NCBI GenBank assembly: GCA_016618085.1
Contig: JABLTG010000102.1
Span: 1-64,000 of the forward strand
Reading direction: 5' to 3'
Source: Neovahlkampfia damariscottae
Lineage: Eukaryota
Length of the DNA stretch: 64,000 nucleotides
The notes under the pieces are model-generated. The model was not told the origin of the DNA. It did no database searches and saw only the letters and a program-made list of their open reading frames with translations. The position numbers were made by a program, and so were the translations under genes. The stretch's first letter is position 1; every line of letters begins with the position of its first letter. Shown here piece by piece: positions 10,800 through 22,708 of the stretch.

Positions 10800-13700
10800 T
10801 TATTCTTCTTCATAAACAAAATAATCCTTTAAAATTGGATATGTTTTTATCAAATAAGAAACACAAGTTTGAATTTGATTCAAATCATTTGCCGCTATTT
10901 CTGGGTTTTTTTGTTCATTTCTGAGTAAAATAATTCCCCATTGTTTAGCTAATTCATCCGAATCCATTTTATTTTTTGTTGAATTTAAAGATATTTGATG
11001 TAATAAAGATAACAATTGTTGAAAACAATATTTCTTTACAATTGGTAATTTTCCAATTAATTCACGAAAATGTTTCATTTTTTCTTCATGTCCCTCTGGA
11101 ACTTGAACAAATTCATTATACAAATCAAAAGTTAAAATTGGAGTTGGTAATTCAAGGAATAATAATTTCAACATTGACGCAATGGCATGAATATTTTTAT
11201 ATTCTGTTAAATCAATAAATTTACCATGATCAAATAATATTTTTAATCTTGCAATTTCTTCATTTGGTGGTTGAATTTTGAACACATGAACTTGTGTTGT
11301 TGCATGAACAAAAAGATATTCCAAGAGATAAGGAAATACTCTTGGATATAATTTCTTTGTTTTTTCTTTTTCAATTACATCCTCAAATTCTAAACCATAA
11401 ACTCTATTTCTTTCTTTAATTGTTATTTGTTTTGGAATTTCTTTTTTTTCAATTGTTTTTATTGCTTCTTCTTCCATAAATTTCAATGTTTGATGTGTTT
11501 GTGCAATTGTTTTGTGGTAAACATCAAGAATAGATTTAATATGATTTGGGTATGTTTCATTTCTACATGTTTTAATATATTTCATAAAATCAACTAAATT
11601 TTCATATTTCAATTCAACATCTTCATATTTTAATTGATTGTCATTATTATAAAGATAACTGCAGATTAAAAAATCAATTTGTTGACTTACTCTTGATGTA
11701 TTGCTTCAAAGTAATTAATTTTCTTGACAGCATCATCATATAACTTCAATACACCTTCAATATTTGTGAAGAATTCTTCAAATTTCATTGATCGATGTTG
11801 CTGTGATACACTCTTCATCATTGTTGACATGATTTGAATTTTACCAAATAGTCCATCATTTGTTACATTTTCATGCTTTTCAATTTGTTGTTCTTTGAAA
11901 TTTACTGAAAACTCACTCAATTCATGACCTAACAATTGTTCAACTGTTGATAAATCTTTTGTTGCTCTGACATAACTCTCTTTCAAATTCATCAAGGTAG
12001 AATAATGTTGCAATAACATTTCAACTTCTTGTTTCTTTGAAGGAAAGTCTTCAGGTAATTCAAATTTCTTGATCAATTTTTTACTTGATTTTGATCCAAA
12101 GATGTTTTTCAATAAACCTCCTTTTTTTGTTTTTGATTTATCTGATTCTACAGTTATTTTTTTCTGAAGTCCTTTTTCACTTGGAGAAAGAATTGACATT
12201 CTGTATTGTCTCCCTCTCTTTTCAGCAATAGCTGTGAAATCCATTTCTTCTTCTGAAACATGAGGATTGGATTCTTCTGTTTCAGTTGTATTCTCTTCAA
12301 CTAGTTCTTCTTTTTTTCGAATTGAAGGTTGAACTACAGGAGGTGAAGGTGATGCTTTCAAATTTTCAATTGCCAAAAAGATTTTTTTACGATCTCCAAA
12401 ACTTGAAATACCCAAATCTTTTTGCATTTCTTCATTTGTCAATACCAATACGACATCCATTTCAACAACATCATTGTCTTTAAAATTTGGTATGTATTTT
12501 GAATATCCAATAGATTCTAACCATCGATCCACTTCAGTTTGGTGATCATTTTTTGAATGTTCAACATTGAATGCTGAAATTTGATTTTTCATTGATAAAG
12601 TGCGAGGTGACTTGGTTGGAACTTCAGGGATCTCTTTTGATTCTTTAATGTGTGGCTGTTCTTCTTCAGAAGATTTGGTTTCCGGTTTGTTTGGTAAAGG
12701 TTTTGAATCTGGTGATTTTGCTAAAACTGGTAATGGCTTTCCTTTGAATGATGGGCTCTTTAACAAAATCTTTTCTTCATCCGTCACTGCTGTTTCTGAA
12801 GGAGGTGATGGTTTTGGTGGTGGGGTTTTACTCAAAGGTGCTGATGATTTTGGTGATTTTTGAGTTGAAAGTATTTCTTCATCTTCAGAAATAGATGGTT
12901 GAGGTGGTTTTGTTGGAGGTGGTCGTGGTTTTGGACCTTTAAATACTTTTTGTGTTGGAATTTTTTCTTCATTTTCAACTAAATTTTCTGTTGGAGATTT
13001 AGATCTTTGTTTAATATCATCAGGTATTTCTGGAAGTTTTTTTGCTATGGAATTGCTTCTTTGATGTTGTAAACTATCTTTTCTTGGTTTTATCGTTTCT
13101 GGACTTGCTTCATCTACATCTTTTTTTGGTGGAGGTGTATATGCACCAAACAACTTTGGAAGTTGTTTTTTTGGTGCTTTTATCAAAGAAGATTCCATTT
13201 CAGATCCTTCAGATAAAGATTTTTCATGAATTGATGTTTTTCGAGGAATCTGTTTCAATTCATTTGCATCTTCAATTCCAGCATCTTCTTGAGGTGGTTT
13301 GGATTCAGAAATTGATCTTCTATGAATAGCAAATTCGTTTTCTTGAATAGGAACAGATTCCAATAGTTCTTCATTTTTTTTATCTACAACTGGAACTGGT
13401 GATTCTACAACTAGTTTTTTTGGTGGTGGAGGTTTTTTTACAACATCATCTTTTGTTTCCAAAGTTTCTTCTTCAAGTTCCAATTTTGGAAGTGTTGGTT
13501 TTTTGGGAACAGGTGGTTTTCTTTCAACAGATGAATCTGATTGATGATTTATGTCTATTTCATTATTTGGTGAATCTACAATTTTATATGCTTTTTTTTC
13601 ATCAATTTCTTCTTTTTCCACATTTTGTTTTGGATTTGGAGGAGGATTCTTTTTTGGAACTGGTGGTTTATTAATTTCAGTTGAGTGATCTGAGATTTCT

Positions 13701-14644
13701 TCATTATTTGAGTTTGTTGGAGAATGACCAAATTTACTTGGAACAGGTGGTTTTTTCTCTGTAATTTCTTTTTGTTCTACAGGTTTTGGTGGTGGAAATT
13801 GTCCAAACTTTTTCGGTGAAAATACCTTCTTTTCAGTTGCATCTTCTTTAGGTTTTGGAGGTGGAAATTGACCAAATTTCTTCATCACTGGTGTTGAATT
13901 ATCTTCTGATTCTTCATTCTTTTGAGGTGGAAATTGACCAAATTTCTTTGGAACAGGTGGTTTTTTTTCACTTCCAGATAGGTCTTCTTTTTTTGGTGGT
14001 GGAAATTGACCATATTTTTTTGGTACAGGTGGTTTTTTCTCTGAACTTTCCTCTTCAAATTTTGATATTGCTCCAAATTTTTTGGGTGGTAATGGTTTTT
14101 TATCATGTGTGCTTTGAATTGGTTTTTCTTCTTTTTTTTCTTCCGCAATTTTTGGTTCAAATCTATTTTTCATTTCCATCATCCAAGGAACATTTTGGTT
14201 CACTTTTGGTTTTGGTTTTATTTCTTCTTCTTCTTTTTTTTCTGTCGTTACAGGTGAACCTGTTGTATTTTGAGCTTCTTTTTCTTGTCTTTCTTGTCTT
14301 TCAAGTAAAAATTTTTTTGGTACTTTTGGTTTTCTTTTTGTAAAATCTTCTTCAGGTTCAGTGATAACTTCTACTTGCTTCTGTTCTTTTGGTAAAGGTG
14401 GTTTCTTGAGAATTGGAGCTTCCACTTGAGATTTTTTACGTGGAAGTGGTGGTCTTGGTTTCGTTGAAATATTTGTATTGTCTACATGTTTTGATTTGTT
14501 TGGTGGTGATTCAGAGTTAGAAAGTTTATGAATTCTTGAAGCAAACTCAAGTTCTTTGGATTGTTTTTCGACTTCTGATAATGTTGAAATAGTATCTCTC
14601 ACTTCAGATCTGTAATTTTTTTCTCTCTTTGGTTTACCCAACAT
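10800..14644 (-). CDS. Pro-rich + SAM + helical (BAR-like) + RhoGAP-domain protein
   Basis: SAM EVDRWLESIGYSKYIPNFKDND...LGISSFGDRKKIF; RhoGAP ASMLKLLFLELPTPILTF, NKMDSDELA. One intron at about 11660-11690 joins the two ORFs. Confidence 0.88.
13730..14090 (-). repeat. Coding tandem repeats KKPPVPKKFGQFPPPK
   Basis: About 5-6 imperfect copies in the RhoGAP N-terminal half, visible on the + strand as repeated ggtggaaattgaccaaat. Confidence 0.8.
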
Positions 14645-14845
14645 TCCGAAAGTTGGTTTGGTATTTTGACAACTTTGTTTTGTTCAAAATTAAAATGAAA
14701 TGATTGGGCAATTCTTGGCTTCTTTAGGCAACTTTTTTTTTTTTTTTTTCTTATTTTATTTTCATATTCATTTCTATTTTCTTTTTTTTTATTCCAAACT
14801 ATTTGATTGGACATATCAATTAGAAATTGGTTGGAAGAAAAAACA

Positions 14846-16233
14846 ATGAGCACAGAAGAGTTTTCGTACCGTGCTCTGAAAGATGATGTCTCAAGAAATC
14901 AAAATAACGGAGCTTTTTCAAGTTTAATGTCTTTATTGTGTCCTTGTTGTGAGATTGACGATGACCAGATTCAAGATTACGAAGTACAAAACATTTTGAC
15001 AAAAAATAGAGACCCAACCATAAAATTACTCTTACTTGGTATATTTAATTGATATTCTTACCATTAAAAGGATCTGGTGATTCAGGAAAGTCAGTAAGTG
15101 TCAAACAAAAATATAACCGAAAATTCAAAGACAATTTTAAAACAAATTAAAATTATACATCAAAAAGGATATTCTAAAAGAGAAATAGTATGATGTCAAT
15201 CACTGAAAATTGACTTATTTTTTTTGTAGGAAAAATTTAAAAGTGTTGTTTGTATCAATTCTTTATCTAGTATTAAACTTCTTATCAAAAATATGGAACC
15301 TTATGAAATCGAATTCACGCATAATGAAAACGCTAAAAAAGCTGAAACAATTACATCAATCACAGAACAAACTATTTTAAAACAATCATGTGAAATTTTA
15401 ACACCAAACTTAGCTGAAGATATAAAATCAGTTTGGGAAGATGAAGGTATAAAACAAGTGTATGGGTTCAGAAGTGACTTTAATTTAATTGATTCCGCAA
15501 ATTACTTTCTTGATAAAATCACGACCATCGGATCAAAAGATTATCAACCAAGTCAACAAGATATTTTGAGAACAAGACAAAAAACTGTTGGTATTGTAGA
15601 AACTGATTTCAGTATTGATGGAAGAAAAGTACACTATCAAAAATTTGTTTGAATTTTTTTCCATGTTCAACTTTTTTTTAGAATGATTTTTTTTTAGTTC
15701 CGAATTGTAGATGTTGGAGGTCAAAGAAATGAAAGAAGAAAATGGGTAAAGAAAAAACAATTAAATCATTTTAGATTCACTCTTTTGATGATGTTACTGC
15801 TGTCATTTTTGTTACTTCATTAAGTGAATATAATCAAAAAATGGTTGAAGATTCAAAACAAATTAGAATGATGGAATCAATTTTATTATTTAATGAAACT
15901 GTAAATTCAAGATTTTTTAGAAATACACCAATAATTATTTTTTTTAACAAAGATGATATTTTTAGGGAAAAAATACAAAAAATTGATTTGAAATGTTGTT
16001 TTCCTGAATACAAAGGTAATTATTTTAAACCAATTCATTGAAAAGGTGGTTCAAATTATGACAAAGCAATTAAATATATCCATGAACAATTCGTAAATGT
16101 TGATAAGAATAAAAGTAGACAAATATTTACACATATTACATGTGCAACTGATACTAAAGCAATCAAAGTTGTTATTGAGGCTGTCAAAAATATAATTTTA
16201 CGTCAAGTTTTGTTTGAAAATGATTTACTTTGA
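14846..16233 (+). CDS. Heterotrimeric G-protein alpha subunit, 7 exons
   Basis: KLLLLGSGDSGKST, RTRQKTVGI, DVGGQRNERRKW, FFNKDD and TCATDT are all restored after removing six GT-AG introns. Confidence 0.95.
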
Positions 16234-16464
16234 AAATAAAAATTGATTTTTCAGTTTTAATTCTGTTCAAGTTTCGGATAAATTTTCGAGTGATTCAGAG
16301 AGCATAAAATAGTTTCTTCATTCGATAATCATGTTATTGTTTGGTGAAAGAAATAACGTTGGAAAAAATCAACCAATAATGTGAGATTAGAGGAATATTT
16401 AATTCTCCGAATTGCCAATCATTTCGTTTCTAATTAACACAAAAAAAAAGTTAAACACAGAAGA

Positions 16465-17590
16465 ATGTCAGACAAACCAATTTTATTCGGAATGGGTAAT
16501 TTTACAACGAATATTAATTAAATATTAAAAGGAAATCCTCTCCTCGATATTTCAGCACATGTACCAAAAGAATTAGTTGAAAAATACGGAGCTGTTTTTG
16601 GAAATGCTATTTTAGCTGAAGAAAAACACATGCCAGTGTATGAAGAACTTACAAAAGATTATAAAGTTGAATTTATTGCAGGAGGATCTACTCAAAATAC
16701 TCTTCGTGTTTATACTTGGATGCTTCAACAACACAATGTTGCTACTTTCGTTGGATCTGTTGGAAAAGGTAAGTTGTTGAATTTATTTAAATTTTATTTT
16801 TAGACTCATATGCAGAACAAATGAAAAAAGCTGCTAAAGATTGTGGTCTTATTGTTGATTATCATGAAGATGAAAACCCAACTGGAACTTGCGCTGTTTT
16901 AGTTGTTGGTGCAGAAAGAAGTTTAATTGCAAACCTTTCAGCTGCTAATAATTACAAATTTGATCATTTGAAAACAATTGATACTCAAATGAAAGAATCT
17001 AAATTCTATTACTCAGCTGGATATTTCTTAACTGTTTCACCAGAGTCCATGTTACACGTTGCTAAACATGCTGCTGAAAGTGATAAAGTATTCATGACAA
17101 ATTTTGCTGCTACTTTCATCTGTCAATTCTTCCTTGAAAAATTATTATCAGTTCTTCCATACTCAGATTATGTTTTTGCTAATAAAGATGAAGTTATTGC
17201 TTTTGCTCAAGCAATGAAATACGACACTGAAGATGTTGCTGAAGTTGCTAAAAAAGTTTCTTTGATGGACAAAGTAAACACAAAAAGAGAAAGAGTTGTT
17301 GTTTTCACACAAGGAGCTGAACCTGTTATTGTTGCAGTTAACGGAAAAGTACAACAATTTGAAGTTCCAAAAATGGAAGAAAATTCAATTGTTGACATGA
17401 GTAAATTTAACATTTTTATTTTTAAAAATTTTCAGATGGTGCTGGTGATGCATTTTGTGGTGGTTTCATGAGTCAATTAACTCAAGGAAAAGATTTAAAA
17501 ACTTGTGTTGATGCTGGTAATTATGCTGCTCAAACAATTCTTTTACATTCTGGTTGTACATATCCAGAAAAACCAGAGTTCAAAAATTAA
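16465..17590 (+). CDS. ADK: Adenosine kinase
   Basis: FGMGNPLLDISA, AGGSTQNTLR, PTGTCAVLV, RSLIANLSAAN, VDMNGAGDAFCGGF; three introns. Confidence 0.95.
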
Positions 17591-18146
17591 ATTTTGATAA
17601 ATATTCTGAAATTTGTTTTTTTTTTAATTTTGAATCTGTCTTCAATGGATCAACTAAATAACCAACAAAGTTCAAATAATTCGCTTGTAAGTCTGCTTGC
17701 AAATTGAAAAATTCTTCATGTTCTTTTTCACCTAATTCGTGGTCATATCCTAAAAGATGAACAATTCCATGTGATATCTAATGTTTTAAATTAGATGAAA
17801 AAATCGTTACTATCCATGACAAATGTTGTTTCATTTCTGTGTTTTCTTGTTCACAATAAGTTTCCAAATAATCCATCGAAATGTAAATTTCTCCTAAATG
17901 TTTTGTCCAAGAATCTTCTTCAGGTATAATTCCAGGTTCATTAAAAATTAAATTTCTGTAAGAAAGGACATCAGTGGTTTCATTTTTATTTCTATCTTTT
18001 TTATTCAACTTCTTTATAGTTTTGTCTCCAGTTAAGATTATATTCACACCAAAATCTGGATATTTTGTACAATTCATTAAAACTTCTGTTATGAATTTCA
18101 CTTTTTTTTTGGAGTATTTTTTGTTCTTTGTGATAACTTGAATCAT
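17580..18146 (-). CDS. YBEY: YbeY endoribonuclease
   Basis: LNKKDRNKNETTDVLSY, LGEIYIS, and HGIVHLLGYDHE after one intron at about 17778-17810. Confidence 0.92.
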
Positions 18147-18238
18147 TTTGGTTGGTCAGAAAATTTCGAAGAATCTGTGAAGTAAGTAGGTAAGGACTTA
18201 GTTATGACAAAAATAACTGACAAAAATAAGATTTTTAT

Positions 18239-19201
18239 TTACATAATTTGACAGTTTTTCTTCGGATCTTCCATAAATTTCGTTTCGGAAATATTCACTC
18301 CTTTTGAAATTTCACTCTCTTTCTCTTCTTTTGCATTTTTAAAGACATAATCAAAAAAATTAGATCTGAAATCTTCTAACTTTTTTACATGTTTGTTAAA
18401 ATCTTGTTCATGATTGTTGTATTTGTTTATATTTAACAGCCCAGAAAAAAAGGTTTGTTCAAAGACTCCTTCAATTTCTGGAAAGGATTTATGTTTTTTG
18501 ACATTAGAAATGAAATCTTCTCTATCTTTTACATCTGTATCTTCACAATGCGTGATGAGAACACCTGATATTTTTTTTGATGCAGGTGAAAGATGTTCAT
18601 AGCATATTTTGATTGCTTCTAATGATTTACTGATATCATTGCAATATGGAATTGTGAACAAGATCAAATGTACCTTAGTGATTTCCCTCTTGATACAAAT
18701 GTTTGTCATATTTTTCAAAATTTCATTGGATCTTTCTTTTTCTTCTTTTTCGAGAACTTCGAACATCCCAGGGTTGTCTATGAAGTTCACAGCAACAGAA
18801 AATTGTTCATCATCAGATACTACAAGATTGCGAATTGTTGGTTCGCGAGTGTTTGAGAAAGGAGTATTCTCTGAATTAAACTTCAATAATATGGAACGAC
18901 GAAGTTGATGGTAGAATGTAGTTTTTCCAACATTAGTTTTTCCAATAATGACAATGTTGAAAGTCATTGATTCTTGTACTTGATATTTTGTTGACCTTCT
19001 GTGAAGAAAAGCTGATTGCTTGTTGGTGATCACATATTTCTCTTCATTTTTTTCACCTATTTCACCAAGTTTTTCATGAATTTTGTCAAATTCTTTGTTT
19101 TCTAAATTCTTAAACTTTTGTTGGATTCCTTCAAGAAGAGTATCAATATGTGATGGTTTTTGATTCATGCCACGCAATTCTCCCATATCACTTACGTGCA
19201 T
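18239..19201 (-). CDS. AIG1/GIMAP-like P-loop GTPase
   Basis: NIVIIGKTNVGKTT (G1), FIDNPGMFE (G3), VLITHCE (G4). Start position uncertain. Confidence 0.75.
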   Translation of the reverse strand: MHVSDMGELRGMNQKPSHIDTLLEGIQQKFKNLENKEFDKIHEKLGEIGEKNEEKYVITNKQSAFLHRRSTKYQVQESMTFNIVIIGKTNVGKTTFYHQLRRSILLKFNSENTPFSNTREPTIRNLVVSDDEQFSVAVNFIDNPGMFEVLEKEEKERSNEILKNMTNICIKREITKVHLILFTIPYCNDISKSLEAIKICYEHLSPASKKISGVLITHCEDTDVKDREDFISNVKKHKSFPEIEGVFEQTFFSGLLNINKYNNHEQDFNKHVKKLEDFRSNFFDYVFKNAKEEKESEISKGVNISETKFMEDPKKNCQIM

Positions 19202-19447
19202 GAAATCTCTGTTGATTTTTTGTTTGGATATGTTTTTTCTGTGAATTTATGGATAATAATTATCCGTAACATTTCTAAAATGAGTTGAGTGGATGAATAA
19301 ACAATACAATGATTGGTTGAAAAAATGTTTTGATATTCAGGAAAGTTGGTGCAAGAAATTTTTATATTTTCACATTTCAAGTTGATGATTGTGATGATAT
19401 TTCTCTAGGAAATCTACCAATCAAAATATTGTTGAACGGAAAACAAG

Positions 19448-20116
19448 ATGCAAATTGAAGCATTCAGGAAATGCCAAGCTTTGACTGGGATATTCTTTTC
19501 ATCATATCTTTTTCTTCATTTATTCACTCACATGTTTACTTTATTAGGTGAAGACGAGTTCAACACAGTCCTTGTTCATCTCAGAAAAATTTATCAAAAC
19601 ATTTTTTATGAAGTCACGTTACTTAGTTCCATTGTATTACATATATTCTGTGCTCTTACACTTTGGATAAAAAGAAAAAAAAGAAAAATACAAGAGCCTG
19701 TGATTGTTACAGCCTTTAGATGGTCTGGTTGGTTCATTATGTTCATCATACCAATACATTTCTACTATGGAAGAATTTCACCTTACTTATATAACATTGA
19801 AGTCAATTTTGCATATTCAGCTTATACTCTTTCAGTTTTACAAAAATTATTTTTTCCATATTATTTGCTTTTCACTTCATTTGCTGTTGTTCATTCAATT
19901 GTTGGATTTACAAAAGGATTGGAAATATTAAAGTTCAAAAGTGTGAATTTAAAAATGAGTGTGTATCATTATTTAATTTCTATTGTCATGATTGTGATTA
20001 TGGTTTTGGTTTTATTATCTTATGGAGGTTATTTTTATGAAATTGATAAATATTCTCAATTCGGAAAATTAGCTGAATATTTTGATAAACTTGGAAATTA
20101 TGAATATTTTAAATAA
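19448..20116 (+). CDS. Multi-pass membrane protein, Mcp1/DUF1691-like
   Basis: QALTGIFFSSYLFLHLFTH, LRKIYQ, His-containing TMs (about 5). Confidence 0.65.
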   Translation: MQIEAFRKCQALTGIFFSSYLFLHLFTHMFTLLGEDEFNTVLVHLRKIYQNIFYEVTLLSSIVLHIFCALTLWIKRKKRKIQEPVIVTAFRWSGWFIMFIIPIHFYYGRISPYLYNIEVNFAYSAYTLSVLQKLFFPYYLLFTSFAVVHSIVGFTKGLEILKFKSVNLKMSVYHYLISIVMIVIMVLVLLSYGGYFYEIDKYSQFGKLAEYFDKLGNYEYFK

Positions 20117-20269
20117 ATTTTCAACTGTCAATCCTCATGTAAGAAGCCTATTATTCCAAACTTTTATTTTGGATATATGTATTTCTCAACTTTGTGGAAT
20201 TGATTTAATTTTTCCGATTTGAAGATTATCTTTCAAGTTCAAAATGAAACAAACAGAATCATTTGACCA

Positions 20270-22623
20270 ATGGGTGTACCTTATTTTTTTTCATGGTTAG
20301 TCAAACAATGTCCAAACATTATCACCAAATACACCGAAGATATTTTTGTTGATAATTTTTATTTAGATATGAATCATATATTTCATCAATTCAAAAATAT
20401 AAAAAGTGAAGAAGAAATGTTCCTTCAAATTTTTTTATACATTGAAGAACTAGTGAATATCGTTAAACCAAAAAAATATTTATTTTTTGCAATTGATGGG
20501 GTGTGTCCAAGAACTAAATTAAATCAACAAAGACAAAGAAGATGGAGTATTCACGAATTATCTGAAGAAAATATTGATTCAAAAAGTATAACACCTGGAA
20601 CTGATTTCATGACGAAATTATCAAATCATTTACAGTACTTTATCAGAAGAAAAATACAAGATGACAAAAATTGGAAAAATATTCAAAATGGTGTTTTTTT
20701 TAGTGATAGTAATTCAGCAGGTGAAGGTGAACATAAAATCATCGATTTCATGAAACAAAAAAATTTAAAAGAAACAAAAATGAAACATTGTATTTATGGA
20801 ATGGATTCTGATTTAATAATGATCGGATTAGCAACTCATGAAGAAGATTTAATTTTACTAAGAGAAAATTCAAAGAAAAAAAATTCTTTTGAATTTTTAA
20901 GTTTGAATATTTTGAGACAGTATATTGATTTTGCATTCTCTAATTCATTTTCTAATTCATCAATTCAATATAAACTGGAAAGAATCATTGATGATTTCAT
21001 TTTGATGTTGTATTTATGTGGAAATGATTTTTTACCTTCAATTCCAACTTTAGATATTGGAAATGGTGCTTTAGATGATTTTTTCAGAATATACAAAGAA
21101 TTAATACAAAATGATGATTTGAAAGAGTATGTGGTTGACAGTGAAAATGAAAAAATTAATATTGATCAATTGAAGATATTCATCAAAGAATTAGCAAAAG
21201 GTGAAGAAGAATCATTAAAAAAATCATTGAAAAAAATGAATTTTTTTAAGCCAAAAGAAGAATTAGAAATCATTGAAAAAGAGAAACCAATAGAAAATGA
21301 AGAAGAAGAAGTTTTCGAAAAAAGTACAATTAACTCAAAATTTGTAAGAATAGAATTCCTTTAAAACTTATTATTTGTAGATTAATTTATTTCCATTCAT
21401 TGAATTTGAGAAATGTGAATTGTTAAATGCAACTGGTGATTTGACTTCAATTTTATCACAACCTATGGATTTAAGTGAAGATTATATTGAATCCAAAGTA
21501 GATGATCAAATTTTAATCAATATACAATTTGGTTTCACTGTCAAATTGAATTCATTAACTCTTTTTGGATCAAATGAAAAATCATCACCAAAAAAAATCA
21601 AAATTTACATCAATGATGTAAATATTAATTTCTCTGATGTATCAAATTTTAAAGAAATTCAAGAATTTGAATTAACCAATTCTACTCAAGAAATTCGTTT
21701 GAAATTTGTTAAACTTCAAAAAGTTAATTCATTGACAGTATATTTATTTATTTCTGATCAGTTTTCAATAGATTTTCATAGAATCAAATCAAAATAATGA
21801 AAAGAAAACATTCATTTCACATCTTGGTTTATTCGGGATCCCAAATATCAATGAAATTTCTTCAAATAAAACCTTAACAAAAGTACCAAGAAGAAGATAC
21901 TTCAAAATGAAAAAAAAGAACAAAAAATTGAGAATAGACCAAAATAAATCAACTAAAGAATCAAAGAATGAAATGAATATTTTATCAAAATCTACAAAAT
22001 TAATAGATTCCAAAATTTATTTGGATTTTGATTTGTGGAAAGAAAATTATTATAAAATCAAAATGAATTTAGATTATCAAAAAAAATCAGATAGAATAAT
22101 TTTATTAGAACATTATATTGATGGATTATTGTGGAATTTCAAATACTATTATTCTGGATGTCCGAGTTGGGATTGGTATTTCCCATTTTATTATTCCCCT
22201 TTACTTTCAGATTTTGAAATTTTGGAAGAATATAATCCGAAGAATTTCATTTTAGGAGCCCCTGTCAAACCTATAGAACAGTTATTATCTGTTCTACCAC
22301 CAAGAAGCTCCTATTTATTACCAAAGGAATTTCGTGATTTTTTCAAGCATGAAAAATTAGAACAATACTATCCTAAAGAAGATATTAAAGTGGATTCTGA
22401 ATTTATGAAATGGGAACCTGTTAAAATACTTCCTTTTATTGATATGAATATTTTGCAGACAGTCTTGAAAGATCAAGTTGAAAATTATTTCAAGTATGAC
22501 AATTCAAACCAACTATTTCAATTTTTATGGAATGAAGAAGAAGTGTATTATTACAAATCAACTTTAAATCGTTTACCTGATATTGATGAGTGCAAAGTTG
22601 CATGTTTAATTCATTTACAGTAA
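20270..22623 (+). CDS. XRN-family 5'-3' exoribonuclease with an inserted PITH domain (about 760 aa)
   Basis: MGVPYFFSWL, DNFYLDMN, DGVCPRTKLNQQRQRR, GEGEHKI, YGMDSDL, GNDFLP. Introns 21344-21380 and 21738-21771 join in frame to a PITH domain and then YYYSGCPSWDWYFPFYYSP, KPIEQLLSVLP. Confidence 0.9.
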
Positions 22624-22708
22624 ATGGTCTATAATCAATTCTGTTGTTGGGCACTTTTCAAATGCTTCTAAATTTCAATGATAATAAACTATTTATTTAA
22701 AATTTGGA

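Noticed and set aside
12286..14343. Several plus-strand ORFs inside the RhoGAP gene
   Set aside because: Antisense shadows of low-complexity Pro/Lys/Glu codons.
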